From Acidimicrobiales bacterium (GTDB lineage Bacteria; Actinomycetota; Acidimicrobiia; Acidimicrobiales; RAAP-2): a DNA stretch of 47,097 nt. The notes below the pieces were generated by a model, which saw only the letters and a list, made by a program, of their open reading frames with translations, was not told the origin of the DNA and did no database searches. Below are positions 43,351 through 47,097 of the stretch, in pieces. The translations under genes were made by a program, and so were the position numbers. Where the stretch lies: positions 3,604 to 50,700 of the forward strand of contig DAIRCY010000006.1 of the NCBI GenBank assembly GCA_036796435.1, read 5' to 3'. The first letter of the stretch is position 1. Every line of letters starts with the position of its first letter.

Positions 43351-44826
43351 TCAGCCCTCGCTCGGCATGCCGGCGGCGACGGTGGCGGCGCCGACCGGTT
43401 CCCCCGCCACGCGCCGCGTTTCCGCGGAACCGGCGCGCCGCAGACCCTTCCCGACGTCGCGCGCGGACCCGGTCTCGAGCAGCCGGATCACGAAGTAGAC
43501 GAGACCACCGACGACGAAGCCCACGTAGAAGGCGATGTCCCCGCCGTGCAGCCAGTTCGCCGACGCAGGGCCGACGAACAGTGTGGTGTCCATGAAGGGC
43601 ACGGCGGCGCCGAACCCGACGAGCTCTGCGACCAGCGCCTCCCAACCCGAGGGAAGGCTCTTGAAGTCCATCACGCTCGCCGGGTCGACCCGGCCGCGGG
43701 CGCGCCACCAGTGGACGATCTCGATGGCGGCGAACGGTGGGACCCAGTAGGTGACGAAGAGCAGCACTTCTTCGAACTTCGTGGTGAGGTTGCCGGTGTG
43801 CAGCCACAGGGTCAGGGCGAACGCGAGCGCGGTCACGACGACAGCCACGTACGGCCGCCTGACCCGGGCACCTGCGGCCTGGAGCGCGAGCGACCCCGAG
43901 TAGTCGTTCATCGCGTTCACCGAGACGGTGCCGATCCAGATGGCGATCATCGCCATCGCCCCGAGCGCGCCACCCCCCATCAGGTGGTCGATCCCGCCCG
44001 AGGTGCTCTGCGCGACCGCGGAAGCCGCGGCGAGGCCGAGGATCTCGACCCAGATCGACGAGAGGGAGACACCCGCCAGGCTGAGGAAGAAGATCCCCGC
44101 CTTCGACGCGTCCGACTTCATGTAGCGGCTGTAGTCCGAGGCGTAGGCGCCCCAGGAGATGACGAAGCTGGCCGAGAGGGTGACCATCAGGATGAAGCCG
44201 CCGGCGAGGTTGCCCCCGTGCGAGGTCGCGGCAGCGTGCCAGTTGCCGACTGAGGCCACCTTCACGGTCACCGCGACGAACATCGCCCCGAGGACCACCG
44301 ACATCCACTTCTGGAAGAGATGCATGACCTCGTAGCCGAAGAGGCCGAGGACGCCCTGCATGACGAGCACGATCAGCAGGCCCACCCAGAAGGGCACGTG
44401 GATCAGGATGTTGATGGCCTCGGCGCCGAAGATGGCGTTGATCGCGTCCCACGCGATGGTGGACAGCCACTGGAGGACGCCAGGCAGGGCGATCGACTTG
44501 CCGAACGAGAACCGCCCGACGGGGATCTGCCCGAGCCCCGTCTTCGGTCCCCAGGTCCCGAGCACCGCGACGAGGAGGCCGCCGATCAAGGTCCCGACGA
44601 CGATCGCCGTGACCCCGAGCGAGAATCCGACACCGACGAAGCTGGCCATGGCGAGCGTGCCGATGAAGAACCCCGCGGGAACCAGGTTCGGCGTGAACCA
44701 CACGGTGAAGACCCGGTGCAGCCGCCCGTACCGCTCGTCCTCGGGGATCGGCGCCATGCCGTGCATCTCCAAAGTGGCGTGACCCTCGTACTTCGGCCGG
44801 TTGCCCTCGTAGACCTCGCTCGACAT
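43351..44826 (-). CDS. NCS1-family (purine-cytosine / hydantoin / allantoin type) permease
   Basis: ORF 43351..44853. I prefer ATG 44826, preceded by GAGGGAGGGG. About 12 TM helices. N-terminus ...MAPIPEDERYGRLHRVFTVWFTPNL.... Confidence 0.88.
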   Translation of the reverse strand: MSSEVYEGNRPKYEGHATLEMHGMAPIPEDERYGRLHRVFTVWFTPNLVPAGFFIGTLAMASFVGVGFSLGVTAIVVGTLIGGLLVAVLGTWGPKTGLGQIPVGRFSFGKSIALPGVLQWLSTIAWDAINAIFGAEAINILIHVPFWVGLLIVLVMQGVLGLFGYEVMHLFQKWMSVVLGAMFVAVTVKVASVGNWHAAATSHGGNLAGGFILMVTLSASFVISWGAYASDYSRYMKSDASKAGIFFLSLAGVSLSSIWVEILGLAAASAVAQSTSGGIDHLMGGGALGAMAMIAIWIGTVSVNAMNDYSGSLALQAAGARVRRPYVAVVVTALAFALTLWLHTGNLTTKFEEVLLFVTYWVPPFAAIEIVHWWRARGRVDPASVMDFKSLPSGWEALVAELVGFGAAVPFMDTTLFVGPASANWLHGGDIAFYVGFVVGGLVYFVIRLLETGSARDVGKGLRRAGSAETRRVAGEPVGAATVAAGMPSEG

Positions 44827-44948
44827 GTGGCCCCTCCCTCTCTGGCGCCCCACGGTGCGCCGATCGCGCCCCGGTTCCCGGCTCGCGCCCGGCTCACCAG
44901 CCCCCGCTGCGGGACGCCGGGACGGATCATAGGCAGCGCGAGTCGAGC

Positions 44949-44976
44949 CCCGATGCTCTCCCGTGCGAGCATCGGG
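44949..44976. promoter_or_regulatory. Perfect 10-bp inverted repeat CCCGATGCTC-N8-GAGCATCGGG ending 2 nt before the ATG at 44979
   Basis: Read directly. It lies in the 152-bp divergent region between the NCS1 permease operon and the PLP-decarboxylase gene. Confidence 0.45.
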
Positions 44977-44978
44977 CG

Positions 44979-46508
44979 ATGGACGACGACGCCCCCGCCG
45001 CCAGCCGCTTCGGCTGGCACCCCGAGCCGGCCATGTTCGACCTCGCCGCAGGAGGGGCCCGGCCGGTGCTGGACGCGCTCGGGCACCAGGCGTGGACGCT
45101 CGCCCTCGACTACCTCTACGACGAGGCGCTCGTCCGCCCGGTCGGCCCCGACTCCTACCAGGAGCTGCGTGCCCGCTTCTTCGGCCCGGCGGGCGACCCC
45201 GCGCCCGCGCCCGAAGCGCCGTCGTCCTCGGCCCAGGTGCTCGACGAGGTCCGCTCGCGGGTGAGCCCGTACGCGTACAACGCGTACCACCCCCGCTCCT
45301 TCTCGTACTTCACGCCGCCGCCGGTGCCGATGTCGGTGGTGGGCGAGCTCCTCTGCCAGGTCCTCCACCAGGGGATCGACGTCTTCCACTCCGGGCCGGT
45401 CGGCGCCCTCGTCGAAGAGGAGGTCACCCGGTGGCTCGCGGACCTCGTCGGCGGCGGACCCGAGAGCTGGGGCGTCCTCACCTCGGGGGGCGTGATGGCC
45501 AACGTCATGGCGATGACGGTCGCGCGTGACCGGCACCTGTCCCACCTTCTCGGCACGGACGTCCCGCCGCGCGGCGGCGCCCTCGAGCGGGCGCGCGTCT
45601 ACGTCTCGGACCAGGCGCACTTCTCGATCGGCCGGGCTCTCGACATGCTCGGCTTCCCGCCGGACGCGCTCGCCGTCGTGGCGAGCGACGACCGGTACCG
45701 CCTGCAGGCCGCCCCGGTCGCCCACCTGATCGCCGAGGACAGGGCAGCCGGGCTGGTGCCGTTCTGCATCGCCGCCGTCTGCGGGTCGACCAACACCGGC
45801 TCGGTCGACGACGTGCCCGGCCTCGCCGAGCTCGCGGCCCGCGAGGGGCTCTGGCTGCACGTGGACGCCGCGTACGGTGGCGCTGCGCGCCTCTCCGCTC
45901 GGGACACGTCCCGGGTCCCGGGGCTCGAGCTCGCGGACTCGGTCACGGTCGATCCGCACAAGTGGCTCTTCCAGGCGTACGACATCGGGGGGCTCGTGGT
46001 GCGCCGCCGCGAGGACCTGCACCGCACCTTCGACCGGTCGCCGGAGTACTACCGGTCCGCGATCCCCGAGACCGCGCCGCTCAACTGGCTCGAGTACTCC
46101 ATGGAGGGGACGCGCCGCTTCCGGGCCCTCAAGCTGTGGACGTCGTGGAAGCACGTGGGGAGCGACGGGTTCGCCCGCCTCGTGGAGCACGACAACGATG
46201 TCGCCGCCTTCCTCGCCGACGAGATCCGCCGCGCCGACGACTTCGACGCCGCGGTCGAAACCCCGGACCTGTCGGTCGTGTGCTTCCGCCACGTTCCCCC
46301 GGACATGCCTGACGCGGCGCTCGACGCGCACCAGGACCGGCTCCAGCGGGCGCTCGAGGTCTCGGGGGAGGCGTGGGTGTCGACCACCAAGCTCCGCGGG
46401 CGCACCTACCTGCGCGCCGGTGTCATGAACTGGCTCACGACCGAAGACGACGTCCTCGCCCTGCTCGCCTCGCTGCGGCGCCTCGCACGCGGCCTCCCCG
46501 AGGAGTGA
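44979..46508 (+). CDS. Group II pyridoxal-phosphate-dependent amino-acid decarboxylase
   Basis: ORF 44979..46508. ...TSGGVMANV..., ...HVDAAYGG..., PLP-lysine motif VDPHKW. Confidence 0.88.
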   Translation: MDDDAPAASRFGWHPEPAMFDLAAGGARPVLDALGHQAWTLALDYLYDEALVRPVGPDSYQELRARFFGPAGDPAPAPEAPSSSAQVLDEVRSRVSPYAYNAYHPRSFSYFTPPPVPMSVVGELLCQVLHQGIDVFHSGPVGALVEEEVTRWLADLVGGGPESWGVLTSGGVMANVMAMTVARDRHLSHLLGTDVPPRGGALERARVYVSDQAHFSIGRALDMLGFPPDALAVVASDDRYRLQAAPVAHLIAEDRAAGLVPFCIAAVCGSTNTGSVDDVPGLAELAAREGLWLHVDAAYGGAARLSARDTSRVPGLELADSVTVDPHKWLFQAYDIGGLVVRRREDLHRTFDRSPEYYRSAIPETAPLNWLEYSMEGTRRFRALKLWTSWKHVGSDGFARLVEHDNDVAAFLADEIRRADDFDAAVETPDLSVVCFRHVPPDMPDAALDAHQDRLQRALEVSGEAWVSTTKLRGRTYLRAGVMNWLTTEDDVLALLASLRRLARGLPEE

Positions 46509-46524
46509 CCCTCGGCGGGCGGGG

Positions 46525-47097
46525 TCAGCCGGCGCTGCGCCACACCACCGGGAAGAGAGGGTCGTCCATGGGCGCGCCGGATTCGAGCCGCTCCTCGAGC
46601 CCGTCGAAGGGCGGGGAGGTCCGCCAGGGACGGGGGGCGTGGCGCGCCTCGCCCGACAGGTAGCGGAGCGAGAGCACCCTACGGCGCCCGGGGAACGGGA
46701 ACCCCGGCGCCCCGTGCAGGGCGAGGAAGTCGAAGAAGACGGCGTCGCCCGGCTCCATCTCGAACGCACGCACGTCGCGGCGTTCCCTCTCCGCCTCGAC
46801 GTCGGGCACCTCCGCGAGGGTGCCTTCGGGGAACCACTTCGCCTCCTTCGCCAAGAAGGTGCGCGGCAGGTACCACCGTCCGCCGTGGGTGCCGGCCAGA
46901 ACCTGGAGGCTCCCGGCGAGCGGCACCGGGTCGACGGGGATCCACGCGCTGACGCCGCGCCCGTCGACGTTGTAGTACGGCTGATCCTGGTGCCAGGGCG
47001 TCGGCTGCTCGGTGCCGCTCTCCTTCACGAGCACGTGGTCGTGGTAGAAGCGGACCTCGGACGTCCCCATGAGGTCGCCGGCGACCTGCGGGACGCG
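46525..47097 (-). CDS. Phytanoyl-CoA dioxygenase (PhyH) family Fe(II)/2-oxoglutarate oxygenase; N-terminus lies beyond the right window edge
   Basis: ORF 46525..47070. The frame stays open upstream to 47097 (RVPQVAGDL-MGTS...). The HxD motif PWHQD sits only about 25 residues from the internal Met, so the real start is probably outside the window. Confidence 0.75.
   Translation of the reverse strand, partial: RVPQVAGDLMGTSEVRFYHDHVLVKESGTEQPTPWHQDQPYYNVDGRGVSAWIPVDPVPLAGSLQVLAGTHGGRWYLPRTFLAKEAKWFPEGTLAEVPDVEAERERRDVRAFEMEPGDAVFFDFLALHGAPGFPFPGRRRVLSLRYLSGEARHAPRPWRTSPPFDGLEERLESGAPMDDPLFPVVWRSAG

Noticed and set aside
40505-43498. Long plus-strand ORF (997 aa)
   Set aside because: It is antisense to the beta-ureidopropionase, agmatinase and deacetylase genes. 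It has a shadow-ORF composition and no motifs.
44586-46769. Long minus-strand ORF (727 aa)
   Set aside because: It is antisense to the PLP-decarboxylase, which carries the DPHKW PLP site. It is Arg/Pro/Gly-rich with no domain signature.
1-47097. Looked for CRISPR arrays, IS elements or transposases, integrases, prophage genes, toxin-antitoxin pairs and known defence-system genes
   Set aside because: I found no repeat-spacer periodicity, no terminal inverted repeats flanking a transposase-like ORF, and no ORF with recombinase, nuclease or defence-type motifs. The accessory content of this window is metabolic rather than mobile or defensive.

Overview
High-G+C, actinobacterial-type chromosomal segment that is densely coding: I call 46 CDS and 1 tRNA. 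I saw no rRNA, CRISPR array, transposase or integrase. The left edge carries the conserved fhaB/fhaA FHA-domain pair next to a divergent tRNA-Leu(CAG). Positions 1.8-23.5 kb form a large catabolic island made of two convergent operons. The plus-strand operon has an IclR regulator upstream, then a GrdB/PrdB-family gene interrupted by one in-frame TGA, a 4-gene NitT/TauT-type ABC importer, an amidohydrolase_2 enzyme, a methyltransferase-fold protein, an AhpD/CMD CxxC protein, EtfB, EtfA and a CrtI-like FAD oxidoreductase. The minus-strand operon has 10 genes: an HxH metal hydrolase, a GctAB-like CoA-transferase, an LLM oxidoreductase, an acyl-CoA dehydrogenase, a MaoC hydratase, a CaiB-type CoA-transferase, a CitE/HpcH lyase, a PhtD-like protein and an SDR. 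Positions 23.7-37.9 kb look mainly housekeeping or miscellaneous: a GH3 lipoprotein, an ABC1 kinase, PepN, a Zn-ADH, an AraC regulator, small DUF genes, a cytosolic HtrA-like protease and an ABC-F ATPase. Positions 38-44.8 kb are a tightly coupled N-heterocycle operon (NCS1 permease, PuuE-like deacetylase, ureohydrolase, beta-ureidopropionase, dihydropyrimidinase, LLM oxidoreductase). A PLP decarboxylase and a truncated PhyH dioxygenase follow. The most interesting signal is the in-frame UGA at 3545-3547. It sits in a U-x-x-C context with a SECIS-like hairpin and fuses two track ORFs into one candidate selenoprotein inside a low-G+C patch. Second is a reductive pyrimidine operon that lacks a PydA/PreTA-type dehydrogenase but has a translationally coupled LLM oxidoreductase. 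All functional calls rest on motif recognition by eye; no database search was run.
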